DNA of 64,000 nt from Pelagomonas calceolata. Its lineage: Eukaryota. A program made the translations under genes and the position numbers. Shown piece by piece: positions 1 through 10,060 of the stretch. The first letter of the stretch is position 1. Every line of letters begins with the position of its first letter. The DNA lies in the NCBI GenBank assembly GCA_918797485.1, contig CAKKNE010000002.1:5394001-5458000 (forward strand). The letters are read 5' to 3'. Below the pieces are notes generated by a model. That model was given only the letters and a program-made list of their open reading frames with translations, did no database searches and was not told the DNA's origin.

Positions 1-2481
1 AGGTTGTGTCGGGTCACTTCGGCAGCGAAAGTGCGAATGAAGAAATTTGACGCCGTCGAGATCTGGCGCAACGTGGCGCTGGGTTGCCGGGACGTGGTTA
101 GAAATGTCGCGGCCGTCGAGATCGAGAGGTACGCTCGTTCATATAGAGCGCGGCGGCTGACGGAGTGGCGACGCCGTCGAAGGGCCGCGACACTCATCCA
201 GACGCGGCAGCGGCAGATCCCGGCTAGGATTGAGCTAGCGAAACGCGTCGAAGCGAAACGACGTAGATTGGCGGCGACGTTGATCCAGAAAGTAAGGAGG
301 GACGTCGTCGCGTGCCGGAAAGCTCGGAAGATCCTGAATAGGAGACGGCGCTACGTTCGGGCGAGAACCATACAACGCCGCGTCCGGGCGAACCAAGCCC
401 GGAGGCGCGTCGCCCGCGCGAGACGGCGACGACGGCGGAACCTGGCTGCGCTCGCGATCCAGTGCCTCCAACGCGGCGGGCGGATCCGAGTGCGAGCGGA
501 TCGCCTGCGACGGCGACGGCGACGTAGGAAGGCCGCCGTCGTGCTCCAAACGAGAGGTCGAGGGTATTTGGTGAGACTGCGCATCAAGGGCACGAAGGCG
601 GAGCACTCGGCCGCCGAGCGCGTCCAGCACGTGATCCGGCGCTTCCTGAAGGCGTGCAAGGCCTGGCACGAGGCGAACGCGCGAGCTACTAGAGTTTTGG
701 AGAACTGCATGAGGATCGTGATCGCTCGGAGGAGGATGGCTAAAAGAGCGGAAGCGCGGCGCGTCGAGGCGCGACTCCGAGCTTTGTGCGGCAAGGGCAA
801 GGACCCGCAAACGACGTCGGCGTCATTCTTACAGTTGTGGTACCGGCGATTAGTTACGAGATGGCAGCGGGAGGGTAGTGCTTTTACCATCCAATGTCAA
901 GCTCGGGCGTACATCGCGCGAAGGGCGATGAGCAACCTGCTGAAGAGGAGGAAGGCGGGCGCCGCGCTCATAAACAGATGGTTCCGCGGCGAGCTCGCGC
1001 GCCTCAACTGCGCGGCGCAGATGTGGCAGCTCGAGCTCCAGAAGGCGGCGCGGAGAATACAAAAGCCGTGGCGCGGCGCGCTAGCACGCAGACGCTGGCT
1101 CGCCCTCACCCAAGACAAAGAAGCTCTACAGGAGGCCGCGGAACGGATCAAGGAGGACGAGGCCTGGTACGCCGACCCGGCGAACCAGCAGTACACACAA
1201 GAGGGCTCGCAGAGTTATTATGATGAGTCGACCGGCGAATGGGTGACGTATGATCAAGGTGACCAGACGAGCTGGGAGCAGTACCCTCCCCCCATTGTGT
1301 TCGAGAACTACTGGGAGGCGCGGGACCACTACATGAAGCAGCAGGAGGAGCTTGTGGGTAGTGCTGTTAGGGTGCTGCAGCGGTTCGGCGTGTTTTGGAC
1401 GTGGCGGCTGAACCGCTACAATGCGATATGTGTCATCCAGAAACTCTATAGGACGCAAATCGAAAATATAAGGCTACGGGCGATGCAGGAGGCCGTGCGG
1501 CTGGAGCAGCTGCGAGCGGCCGCCGCCGACAAGTTCGCGGCGCTGTGGAAGGGCCGGCAGTCGCGGAACTTCGTCGCGAATAAGCTGCGGGAGAAGCGGC
1601 GGGCCCTCGCATTTAGGAAAAAGCGGTTACTGGCTGCTCTACTCATCCAGGCTCGAGCTCGGGGCATGATCTGTCGCGAAGGGATTCGAAGACGTTTGAT
1701 GGAGGAGGCGTGGAAGCGGCAGCAGGGCATGGCTCAGGTGCGCGAGGACGCGTCGCTGGTCATCGAATGCGCGCAACGGTGCCGCATGGCGCGCTGGTGG
1801 ATGCGGAAGCGCCGTGCTGAAAGAATAGCGGAGGAGGAAGAACGCGAAAAAGATAGGTTGTTGGAATTGGCCCTCGATCGCCTGAAGAAGGAGCAGGAGA
1901 TCAACTTGTTGGCGATGCGCGTGCAGTGCCTGTGGCGGCGGCGCAAGGCGTCTCGTTCCCTCGAGGACCAGATGCGTCGCTTGGTGGAAGAAGAACGCGA
2001 GGCGGCGGCGCGCGCCAAGTTCCTCAACGCGGCCTGCATCCAGGCCTTGGCGCGCGGTGTACGTAAGCGCGCCTGGTTCGCGCGGAATCATGCTTCTCTG
2101 GTCGACTCGAAGACGATCCGCGGGGCCTTGCTCCGCATGCGCGCGCGGCAGGCGGCGGAGGTCGAGAAGGTCACGGCGCGCATGCGCCATCTGGACAAGT
2201 TCGGGCCCTCCGAGTATTTGTGGAGCGGTGTGAGGGATGAGTTGGAAGGCGTCACGCGGGAGAACGAGGCCCCGAGTGAAGCGGGTCCCGCGAACGAGCC
2301 CTGGCAGGAGCAGCACTGGTCCGAGCGGTTGCCCCAGTCCCCGGAGAAGGGCGCGCCGGGCGAGTGGGAGGAGCAGTGGGACGACAGTGCCCAGGCGACG
2401 TACTGGTACAACCGGAAGACGGGCGAGGCGTCCTGGGTCGACCCGACGCAGCAGCATTTGTTGGGGACGCCGGAGCGCTAG
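1..2481 (+). CDS. IQ-motif-rich protein with C-terminal WW domain (5' end probably outside window)
   Basis: Many IQxxxRGxxxR-like motifs; C-terminal WEEQWDDSAQATYWYNRKTGEASWVDP WW signature; frame open from window start. Confidence 0.8.
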   Translation, partial: RLCRVTSAAKVRMKKFDAVEIWRNVALGCRDVVRNVAAVEIERYARSYRARRLTEWRRRRRAATLIQTRQRQIPARIELAKRVEAKRRRLAATLIQKVRRDVVACRKARKILNRRRRYVRARTIQRRVRANQARRRVARARRRRRRNLAALAIQCLQRGGRIRVRADRLRRRRRRRKAAVVLQTRGRGYLVRLRIKGTKAEHSAAERVQHVIRRFLKACKAWHEANARATRVLENCMRIVIARRRMAKRAEARRVEARLRALCGKGKDPQTTSASFLQLWYRRLVTRWQREGSAFTIQCQARAYIARRAMSNLLKRRKAGAALINRWFRGELARLNCAAQMWQLELQKAARRIQKPWRGALARRRWLALTQDKEALQEAAERIKEDEAWYADPANQQYTQEGSQSYYDESTGEWVTYDQGDQTSWEQYPPPIVFENYWEARDHYMKQQEELVGSAVRVLQRFGVFWTWRLNRYNAICVIQKLYRTQIENIRLRAMQEAVRLEQLRAAAADKFAALWKGRQSRNFVANKLREKRRALAFRKKRLLAALLIQARARGMICREGIRRRLMEEAWKRQQGMAQVREDASLVIECAQRCRMARWWMRKRRAERIAEEEEREKDRLLELALDRLKKEQEINLLAMRVQCLWRRRKASRSLEDQMRRLVEEEREAAARAKFLNAACIQALARGVRKRAWFARNHASLVDSKTIRGALLRMRARQAAEVEKVTARMRHLDKFGPSEYLWSGVRDELEGVTRENEAPSEAGPANEPWQEQHWSERLPQSPEKGAPGEWEEQWDDSAQATYWYNRKTGEASWVDPTQQHLLGTPER

Positions 2482-2682
2482 TAAGGTCATTGATGTGTTT
2501 TCATTCGGGCGGTACGTGTCGCCGATTCGTCGTCGACTGGCATGGGCCGCGCCCTCCGACGTTCGGACTGGCCCTAGCGTAACGCTGTCCTCGAAAGCGC
2601 TCCTGGAAGTCGCGGGACCGCTCCGCGCGCTGGCGTGCTCGAGACGCTGGGCTCTAGGAGCTCTCGCCGCGCGCGAACTTTG

Positions 2683-2707
2683 GCTAGTGTCTTACATGTG
2701 CGCTAGC
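2683..2707 (-). promoter_or_regulatory. CTAG-box motif
   Basis: rc GCTAGCGCACATGTAAGACACTAGC, ~190 bp upstream of gmd. Confidence 0.7.
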
Positions 2708-2893
2708 GTCCACGTATTATGTGTACAAAAAATTATCGGAGGTCGATCGGCAGGCTATATCGCTCGCCCGTTTCCAGCTCAGCCGGATATCTTGCCAAGC
2801 GCATCGTAGTGCTTGCAGAGAACAAGTGCCGACTGCAAAAGACCACAAAACACCTCGTGTTTGCCGCATCGGCATCATCGGCAAAAGATAAAG

Positions 2894-3985
2894 ATGGCTG
2901 CACCAGTCGCCGCCAACGCGAAAGTAGCCCTGATCACGGGCATCACGGGCCAGGACGGCAGCTACCTCGCCGAGCTTTTATTGGACAAGGGCTACACGGT
3001 CCACGGCATCATCCGCCGCAGTTCGTCGTTCAACACGGGCCGCATCGAGCACCTCTACAAGGACCAGCACGAGAAGCAGGTGAAGCTCTTCCTGCACTAC
3101 GGCGACCTCACCGATAGCTCGAACCTCTTCCACATCATCTCGACGGTGCGGCCGGCGGAAGTGTATAACTTAGGAGCCATGTCGCACGTCAAGGTCTCGT
3201 TCGAGATGTCCGAGTACACGGCCGAGGCCGACGGCGTGGGTACCTTGCGTCTGTTGAACGCCATCCGCAGCGCGGGCCTCGAGAAGTCGACGCGCCTCTA
3301 CCAGGCGTCGACGTCCGAGCTCTACGGCAAGGTCCAGGAGATCCCGCAGAAAGAAACGACGCCCTTCTACCCGCGGTCGCCCTACGGCGTCGCCAAGCAG
3401 TACGCCTACTGGATGCTCATTAACTATAGAGAGGCCTACGGCATGCACCTCACGAACGGCATCCTCTTCAACCACGAGTCGCCGCGCCGCGGCCCGACGT
3501 TCGTGACCCGCAAGATCACGCGCGCCGTGGCGCGCATCTCGCAGGGCAAGATGAAGACCTTGTATCTGGGCAACCTCGACGCCAAGCGCGACTGGGGCCA
3601 CGCGCGCGACTACGTCGAGGGCATGTGGCTCATGGTGCAGCGCGACGAGCCCGACGACTTCGTGCTCTCGACGGGCGAGTGCCACTCGGTCAAAGAGTTC
3701 TGCGAGGTCGCCTTCGCGCGCGTCGGCATCACGGTGCAGTGGAAGGGCGAGGCCGGCTCGGTCGACGAGATCGGCGTCGACGCCAAGGACCCGAACCGCG
3801 TCCTCGTCAAGGTCGACCCCAAGTACTTCCGCCCGACGGAGGTCGACCTGCTCGTCGGCGACTGCTCAAAGGCCAAGAAGCTGCTGGGCTGGACGCCCAA
3901 GGTCACCTTCAAGGCGCTCGCCGAGGAGATGGTCGACGCCGACCTCGCCGAGCTCCGCCGCGAGATCGCCCAGGAGGGCCAGTGA
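2894..3985 (+). CDS. gmd: GDP-mannose 4,6-dehydratase
   Basis: [57 protein letters not shown] motifs; ATG at 2894. Confidence 0.97.
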   Translation: MAAPVAANAKVALITGITGQDGSYLAELLLDKGYTVHGIIRRSSSFNTGRIEHLYKDQHEKQVKLFLHYGDLTDSSNLFHIISTVRPAEVYNLGAMSHVKVSFEMSEYTAEADGVGTLRLLNAIRSAGLEKSTRLYQASTSELYGKVQEIPQKETTPFYPRSPYGVAKQYAYWMLINYREAYGMHLTNGILFNHESPRRGPTFVTRKITRAVARISQGKMKTLYLGNLDAKRDWGHARDYVEGMWLMVQRDEPDDFVLSTGECHSVKEFCEVAFARVGITVQWKGEAGSVDEIGVDAKDPNRVLVKVDPKYFRPTEVDLLVGDCSKAKKLLGWTPKVTFKALAEEMVDADLAELRREIAQEGQ

Positions 3986-4167
3986 ATGTGTCCGCCGTCG
4001 CATAACTCCCCTTGTGTCCGCAATTACTTAGCGCCGGGGGTACTAGCGGCGGACCTCGAGAGCCGAGCTCCGCCGCGAGATCGCCCAGGAGGGCCAGTGA
4101 GTGTGTCCGCCGTCGCATAACTTCTCCCTTGTGTCCGCAAATTTATGACTTAGAGGTACTAGTGGCG
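3941..4167. repeat. Imperfect tandem duplication (~115 bp period) of the gmd/rlmN convergent 3' junction
   Basis: 3947-4023 nearly identical to 4062-4140; ACTTAG..GGTACTAG(C/T)GGCG also follows both copies. Confidence 0.9.
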
Positions 4168-5309
4168 AGCTGTCCGCAGGCGGCCATCTCGTCGTCGCCG
4201 CGCGCGTTGCGCACGCCGACGAAGAGCGTCGGGTCGCGCCGTTTCAACTCCTGCTGGAACGCCGAGATCGCCGCGCGGCCCGGCCGCTCAAAAACGTCCC
4301 CGGGCACGGGGTTGTAGGGGATCAGGTCCACGACGAGGCGCGGCACGCGTTTCCGTAGAGGCTCCACGAAGGCCGCTAATTCTTTCGCGTGGTGCGGCTG
4401 GTCGTTGACGCCAGCTAATAGAGTCACGGCGACCATGACTGCCCTATCCTTGCTCGACTCGCAACGGTGCGCCTCGACGGCCTCGGCGAGCCCGTCGCGC
4501 AAAACTTCGGGCTCGTAGCAAGCCGTCGGCACGAGTCGTTTCCGTAAATCGGCGTCGGCGGCGTGGAGCGACCAGGCCAGTTGGCCGGGCGCCGCGGCGA
4601 GTGCGTGGAAGGCCGCCGGCGTCGGCCCGACCGTCGACAGCGTCAGCCGGTGCCGCGAGAAGCCGAACCGTTGGGGGTCGGTAAGGCAGCGCGCTGCTTC
4701 CGTAGCATGTTTTGGATTGCAGCCGGCGTCGCCCATGCCCATGAAGACGATGGACCGCAGGGGCGGCAATTTATTAGATTGTACCATCCTCAGCCCCAAC
4801 CACAACTGCTGGCAGATCTCGCTCGACGACAGCGACCGGATCAAACCCATTCTGCCCGTCGCGCAGAAGGCGCAGCCCATGGCGCAGCCGACCTGGGAGG
4901 AGACGCAGAGCGTCGTCGTGGGCTTGCCGCGCGTCGTCTGCGGGATGAGCACGGCCTCGACGCGCTGCTGCTTGCCGACGTCGACGAGCAATTTGGTCGT
5001 GCCGTCGGCCGCTTTGAACGTTTCGACGAGGCTTACGGCATCGCCGCCGAAGGTCTGCACTAAGTCGGCTCGCGCTTGTCTTGACAGCGCCGCGTCCGCG
5101 CACGGGTCGCGGCCCTCGCGCAGCGCCTTCCAGGCGAGCCGCGCGCGTGACGCGCCGACGACGGCCTCGAGGTCCTCGTTTGATGCTGCGACGAGGCCCG
5201 GCGCGCTTAATGCTGTTTGTTGTTTGGGTTGTGTGGTGACTGCTGCTGGTTTCGTCGCGACCGGCGCGATCATCCCGGCGGCGCACGGCAGCAGCAGTAG
5301 CAGCAGCAT
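4143..5309 (-). CDS. rlmN: RlmN/Cfr-family radical SAM RNA methyltransferase, probably plastid-targeted
   Basis: CVSSQVGCAMGCAFCATG (CxxxCxxC), FMGMGD, SLHA, C-terminal AACGQL; hydrophobic N-terminal signal peptide. Confidence 0.9.
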   Translation of the reverse strand: MLLLLLLPCAAGMIAPVATKPAAVTTQPKQQTALSAPGLVAASNEDLEAVVGASRARLAWKALREGRDPCADAALSRQARADLVQTFGGDAVSLVETFKAADGTTKLLVDVGKQQRVEAVLIPQTTRGKPTTTLCVSSQVGCAMGCAFCATGRMGLIRSLSSSEICQQLWLGLRMVQSNKLPPLRSIVFMGMGDAGCNPKHATEAARCLTDPQRFGFSRHRLTLSTVGPTPAAFHALAAAPGQLAWSLHAADADLRKRLVPTACYEPEVLRDGLAEAVEAHRCESSKDRAVMVAVTLLAGVNDQPHHAKELAAFVEPLRKRVPRLVVDLIPYNPVPGDVFERPGRAAISAFQQELKRRDPTLFVGVRNARGDDEMAACGQLATSTSKS

Positions 5310-5456
5310 AGTGCAGTGGCAGTGCCTCGTGCTTTCAGCCTGAGGGTGTCGGCACTTACAGTGTCTGATAATTGATGATCTATTCTGAATCTACAGCATC
5401 CGAGGTGTCTGTCACGGCTACAACTCAGCAAAGTCAACCACGATAATCCAGCTTGG

Positions 5457-5480
5457 GCTAGCGTCCTGTAAGGCACTAGC
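5457..5480 (+). promoter_or_regulatory. CTAG-box motif
   Basis: GCTAGCGTCCTGTAAGGCACTAGC, ~150 bp upstream of rlmN. Confidence 0.7.
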
Positions 5481-5517
5481 TGGTTCTCGAGGGCTGTACC
5501 AACGGCTTCCATCGCTA

Positions 5518-6252
5518 TTATTGTATGCTTACCTTCCGCGCCCGCTCGAACCAGCGTTTCTTCGGCTCCTCGGGGGACGGCGGCGCCTCGGGGGGAGCCT
5601 CAGCGGGCGCGGGCGGCGGCGCCGGCGGCGCCCCGCGCGCGACCGTCGCCCTAATACCAGGCGGTAGACGCAGCTCGCGGATCGAAGACCTCTTGCCGTC
5701 CGCTTTAAAAACGACGACGGCGTCGCGCGCGAGGCCGACGGCGCGTCTTTTTGATATGGCCCTGCCGCGTTTTGGAGTGATGCTGACCTTCGCGTCAAGT
5801 TCCAAATGGGCGAAGCGCCACTCGCGAGCGCCCGCGGCGTGGCGCTGCGGCGTCTGGAGGCTGCCCGCGAACGACGTCGGACTCGCGCCGCCGCGGACGA
5901 GCCGGAACGAGCTCGCGTCGAGGCGCAACACTCCAGACTCGTCCGCGGCGGCCCACCGGAGCTCGCCGCCTTCACAAGTAACGCGCACCGGCTGCGAGCG
6001 CGCCGCGAAGAAGCCGCGGCTTGTGATCGAGTTGTCGAAGATTGCTAGTGTTGCGTCGACGGCCTCGACCGCTCCGTCAGGGTCCACCGCCGGCGCGGGC
6101 GGCTCCACACCCGCCGACGTCGACGCCGTCGGCGCCGGCGCCGGGCCGTCCGGTCGCGGCACGAAGTGCTTCGGGGATTCGGCGTCGGCCGCGCCGTCGG
6201 GCACGGTGACCTGGGCCGTGCCCCGGAATCTGCTCTCGCGCAGCGCGCTCAT
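5518..6252 (-). CDS. Hypothetical protein
   Basis: 244-aa ORF with ATG and plausible composition; no motif recognised. Confidence 0.5.
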   Translation of the reverse strand: MSALRESRFRGTAQVTVPDGAADAESPKHFVPRPDGPAPAPTASTSAGVEPPAPAVDPDGAVEAVDATLAIFDNSITSRGFFAARSQPVRVTCEGGELRWAAADESGVLRLDASSFRLVRGGASPTSFAGSLQTPQRHAAGAREWRFAHLELDAKVSITPKRGRAISKRRAVGLARDAVVVFKADGKRSSIRELRLPPGIRATVARGAPPAPPPAPAEAPPEAPPSPEEPKKRWFERARKVSIQ

Positions 6253-6580
6253 CTCGGGGCAGCCTCACTTCTTCTTCCTCGTGGTCCTCGTTGCGTGCTG
6301 CCCACAGCAGGGATTTGGCCTCAGCACCGCGCGCGCCGTTTTTGACCCGGACTTCTGGGCCGTACGTCGAGAGTGGACCCCAATGCGCGCCGTGACGAGA
6401 GCTGCTGTTGTTTAGGCTGGCTGGCGCCGATTTAGGCCGCCGGCAAGCTTAATTTGGGGCGTGCAGGTTTTGTGGGGCTGCCCAAAAAAAGCTCGAAACA
6501 GCTCGCAATTCGCGTAGCCCGGCGACATAAGTCGCTTTGTGGAGCTGCCTTACGAGCCCACTCGGCATGGCGACTCAGTG

Positions 6581-7990
6581 ATGCGCTTGCGCGCGGCCGT
6601 CGCGCTCGGCTGCCTCCTGACTGCCCGGGGGCAGCTCCCGCAAGTGCTCGAGGAGGCTATGGACCACGTGCACCCGCGCGCGCGCGCCGAGCTCGAGACC
6701 TTCTTCGCGCCGGGCGGCCCGCACGCGTCGTTTAAAGTAAGGGTCGAGGAGGGCTGCATCGGCGGCGCGTTCCCGGTCTACGACTGGAAGAAACTTGTTC
6801 CGGTCGACGCCAAGTGGGGCCTCGAATCATTAATAGCGGCGCGCCTGCACCAGTCGAAGTGGTTCGCGGCCGATGCAGACAATGCACTCGTCGCGTTCCG
6901 GCCCCACACCGGCGAGCGGTCCCTGCTGACGAAGTGTAGATTAAAGCTCGAGCGCGACTTTCCTGGAAAACAGTTCTGGTTCGCGGCGGCGACGGATCGA
7001 GGGCGGTGCTGCGACGGCGGCCAGCTCCGGGACCCCGGCCTCTTAAATCACCACTTCCTCGTCACCAGCGGCGAACGGCGGCGGGGCGCGTGGCTCTTCC
7101 GGGAGCACAACACGAAACACGCGTGGCGCGCGCCGGCGACGCGGGACACGGCGCCGCGGCTCCGGTGCTTTGATCCTTCAATGGACGTCGCGCTGCCGCC
7201 GCCGGCGTTCGTGCGGGGGCTCTACCGCAAGCGTGATATTACAAGGGACCTGCGCGCGGCGAACGCGACGCGGCGCTTCCTCGCGGTGCACGCCGAGGGC
7301 GGCGTCGCGCCGCCCGAGTACGACCTGCGGCGCGCGCTGACGGAGCGCTGGGCGCCGGACTGGTGGGCGAACGCGCGCAACCGCAGCTGGGCGGGGCACC
7401 CCGATCTACTGATACGGAAGGCCCTGGGCCGCGCGGAGCACGGCGAGGCGCTCTTCGCTTCAAAATATTGTTTAGTTGTGGAGGGCTACGCGCCGTGGAC
7501 GCCGCGACTGTCCGAGGCGGTCGGCGCGGGCTGCGTGCCCGCAATCCTGTCGCCGGCGCTGCTGCCTCCATTCGCCGGGGTCCTGCGTTGGCGCGACTTC
7601 GCCGTGTTGCTGCGCCCGGCGGATATTGGAAATTTACCGGCAGTGCTCGCTTCCCACGACCACGCGCGGCTCCACGCGAACTTACTGAAGGTGCGGCGGC
7701 TCCTCTCGTTCATCGCAACTGGACCAGTAAACGACGACGACGCGCTGCCTTTGATCGTCTTCGAGATGTGGCGGCGCTCGCGGCGGCGGCGGGAGTTTTT
7801 AGAGGGGACGGCGACGGCGCTCGCCGCGCCGGCAGCCGCGCCAGCCGGCGTACACTCCACCGCGACGGAGCCGCTCAAGGTGGCGTTCGCCTGTGAGGCC
7901 GACGGCACGTCGTGCGCCTACGCGGTGCGCGGCGCGCGCTGGAACTGCTCCCGCCGGACGAAGATGGCGTGCGGCTGTGCCAAGGAGTAA
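6581..7990 (+). CDS. Exostosin-family (GT47) glycosyltransferase, secretory
   Basis: Signal peptide MRLRAAVALGCLL; SKYCLVVEGYAPWTPRLSEAVGAGCVPAIL...PFAGVLRW exostosin motif. Confidence 0.85.
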   Translation: MRLRAAVALGCLLTARGQLPQVLEEAMDHVHPRARAELETFFAPGGPHASFKVRVEEGCIGGAFPVYDWKKLVPVDAKWGLESLIAARLHQSKWFAADADNALVAFRPHTGERSLLTKCRLKLERDFPGKQFWFAAATDRGRCCDGGQLRDPGLLNHHFLVTSGERRRGAWLFREHNTKHAWRAPATRDTAPRLRCFDPSMDVALPPPAFVRGLYRKRDITRDLRAANATRRFLAVHAEGGVAPPEYDLRRALTERWAPDWWANARNRSWAGHPDLLIRKALGRAEHGEALFASKYCLVVEGYAPWTPRLSEAVGAGCVPAILSPALLPPFAGVLRWRDFAVLLRPADIGNLPAVLASHDHARLHANLLKVRRLLSFIATGPVNDDDALPLIVFEMWRRSRRRREFLEGTATALAAPAAAPAGVHSTATEPLKVAFACEADGTSCAYAVRGARWNCSRRTKMACGCAKE

Positions 7991-8008
7991 CCATGTGACT
8001 TGGATTAT

Positions 8009-9688
8009 TTATGAAGCGACTACCCCACCAGGATCAACATCAGTCGTCGGCCGCTCGCGCGCGTCGTCGAGGAAGACGAGGTCGCGGGCCTCCCACGTCG
8101 TGGGCGGGACCTCGACACCGTGGTCCGCGCCCCTTTCCGGCTCCAGCGGCCGGCGCTTCACCAGGCGCGCGCGGTACGCGTCGTCGAGGAGCGCGCGGAC
8201 GCCGTCGAAAAATAGGGCGCCATCGTCCTCGCGCGGAGGCGGTATCGTGACGGGCGGGGGCGGCGGGTCGGGCCGCATCGTGTCGGACCGCGGCGGCCGG
8301 TAGACGTCGTAGATCCCGTCGGCCCAGAACCGCGCCTCGTCCTTGGAAATCGTGGCGATGCGCGCCGGCTTGAAGGCAGGGTCCGGCGCGAAGAGCTTTT
8401 TGGCGAGGCGGGCCGCGCGCTCGGCCTCGGCGCCGCGCGTCGGCTGGAGCGGCCGCCGCGTCGCGAAGCCGAGCCCTTCGCTGCCGAAGTCACGGCCGCT
8501 TGCCCTGGCCTTGATGGATTCGCTATCGTACGCCCTTGCCGAGTCGCGGCACGCGCGGAACGACGCGAGGTAGCGCCTCCGGTACTCGCGCCGCGTCGCC
8601 CGCCCGGCCGTCGGCGCGACGCGGAACCGCGTCCCAGACGGAGCATTCGGCAACGCGGGCGGCTTGAAGGCCGGCGGTGGTCGCGCGGTGATCGCCTTCG
8701 GCGACGCGAAGCGCGGCGAAGGGTGTTTCTTGCGGTCGAGGGGCGTCGCCACGAGGTGCTGGGGTCGCATTGATATTCCGCCCGGCGCTTTATGCGTCGC
8801 GTTATACGCATGCGCGGTGTCGTAGGCGGGCCCAGGGCTCTCGCCGACCGCCTGCCGTGCTGCTAGCACCGCGGCGGCGCCAGGCAGCGGTGTCTCGTGG
8901 GACGCACCGGGCAAAGAAACGCTATGCGTCTCGGCGACGCTGGCGAGGAAGCTCGGCATGGCGTCCACGCCCGGGCCCGGCCCGTCAGACTCTCCGGCGA
9001 AGGCGCCGCCCCTCTTCTCGCGGCCGAGGGCCCCGCCCACTTGTGACAGCGGCGTCGTTGTGTCGTAGGCGCCCGCGCCGGGCGTCCACTTCTGCTCCTC
9101 GATCTTGGCCTCGCTGAAGCTTTTCAGGCCCTCTCGTCCAACCAGAGTTGCCTTCGGCGCCAACGACGGGACGTAGGTGTCGTATGCTGCCGGCCCCGGA
9201 CCCACAGCATCTCTTTGCGCCTCGATTTCGTCCGCATGGAATCTCGAGGCGGTCGATGCCAGCTTGTTTTGCCGCCAGACGGCCCGCTGGCTCGCGTCCG
9301 CGGCACGGACGTCGTGGGCGCCGGGGCCCGGGCCGTCTTTTATGGAGAAGAGGTCCGCGCCGCGGCCGCCGAAGGTGGCCCCGCTCGGTTTAGGCGGGTT
9401 CAGAATGCGCGAACCCTTGCCCTCGACGAGGTCGAGCGCGTCAGCCGCCCGGTACGCGTCGGCGGTGCGGCCGGGCGACGTGCCGTCGTTCGGCGCCGGC
9501 CGCGGCGCCTTCCCGGTAAACCGGCCGCCGGGGGGCGATCTCGGTTGCTCTTTGTACGACTGCGGCGAGGGCTCCGCCGACCCCTTCTGGAGGCGCCGCG
9601 CCAGTTCCTTGTCGCGCCCGAGGCTCTTGGCATCGTGGAGCTGAGAGAGCCGCCGCAGCGCGCGCGGCTTTGTGGGGGCCGCCGTCAT
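8009..9688 (-). CDS. PGPGxY (SHIPPO/ODF3/STPG-type) repeat protein, likely ciliary
   Basis: Repeated GPGPGAH, GPGPAAY, PGAGAY, SPGPAY motifs. Confidence 0.7.
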   Translation of the reverse strand: MTAAPTKPRALRRLSQLHDAKSLGRDKELARRLQKGSAEPSPQSYKEQPRSPPGGRFTGKAPRPAPNDGTSPGRTADAYRAADALDLVEGKGSRILNPPKPSGATFGGRGADLFSIKDGPGPGAHDVRAADASQRAVWRQNKLASTASRFHADEIEAQRDAVGPGPAAYDTYVPSLAPKATLVGREGLKSFSEAKIEEQKWTPGAGAYDTTTPLSQVGGALGREKRGGAFAGESDGPGPGVDAMPSFLASVAETHSVSLPGASHETPLPGAAAVLAARQAVGESPGPAYDTAHAYNATHKAPGGISMRPQHLVATPLDRKKHPSPRFASPKAITARPPPAFKPPALPNAPSGTRFRVAPTAGRATRREYRRRYLASFRACRDSARAYDSESIKARASGRDFGSEGLGFATRRPLQPTRGAEAERAARLAKKLFAPDPAFKPARIATISKDEARFWADGIYDVYRPPRSDTMRPDPPPPPVTIPPPREDDGALFFDGVRALLDDAYRARLVKRRPLEPERGADHGVEVPPTTWEARDLVFLDDARERPTTDVDPGGVVAS

Positions 9689-9866
9689 ATCGTGGTGGTG
9701 GGCAGCCCCCTCTGTCCAGGCAGCCCCTGTCCTGCCCTGCCCGGTCGGGAGGAGCGGAAGCTGTGGCGCTGCGAAGCAAGCGAGCAGGGAAGCAAACGAG
9801 AGTGTAGTGGGCAGAACCTGTCTGGCCCTTACTGCTCTCCGGCAGCCCGACGCTTCGAGGCGTTGC

Positions 9867-9888
9867 GCTAGTACCTCACGCCGCTAGC
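9867..9888 (-). promoter_or_regulatory. CTAG-box motif variant
   Basis: rc GCTAGCGGCGTGAGGTACTAGC, centred between divergent ATGs 9688 and 10061. Confidence 0.55.
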
Positions 9889-10060
9889 AAGCGCTCGGAT
9901 AATCGCGTGTCCAGGCTAATACGAGGGGCTTAGCGAGTCGTGCGTAGTTTTGCAGGCTACCGGCAGCGTACACAGTGCATCAGCTGCTGGTCGGGCCGGC
10001 GGCGGCGCCAAACCTCGGCAAAAAACCGACTCAGCATCGAAAAGCTTTCCAAGAGCCGAC

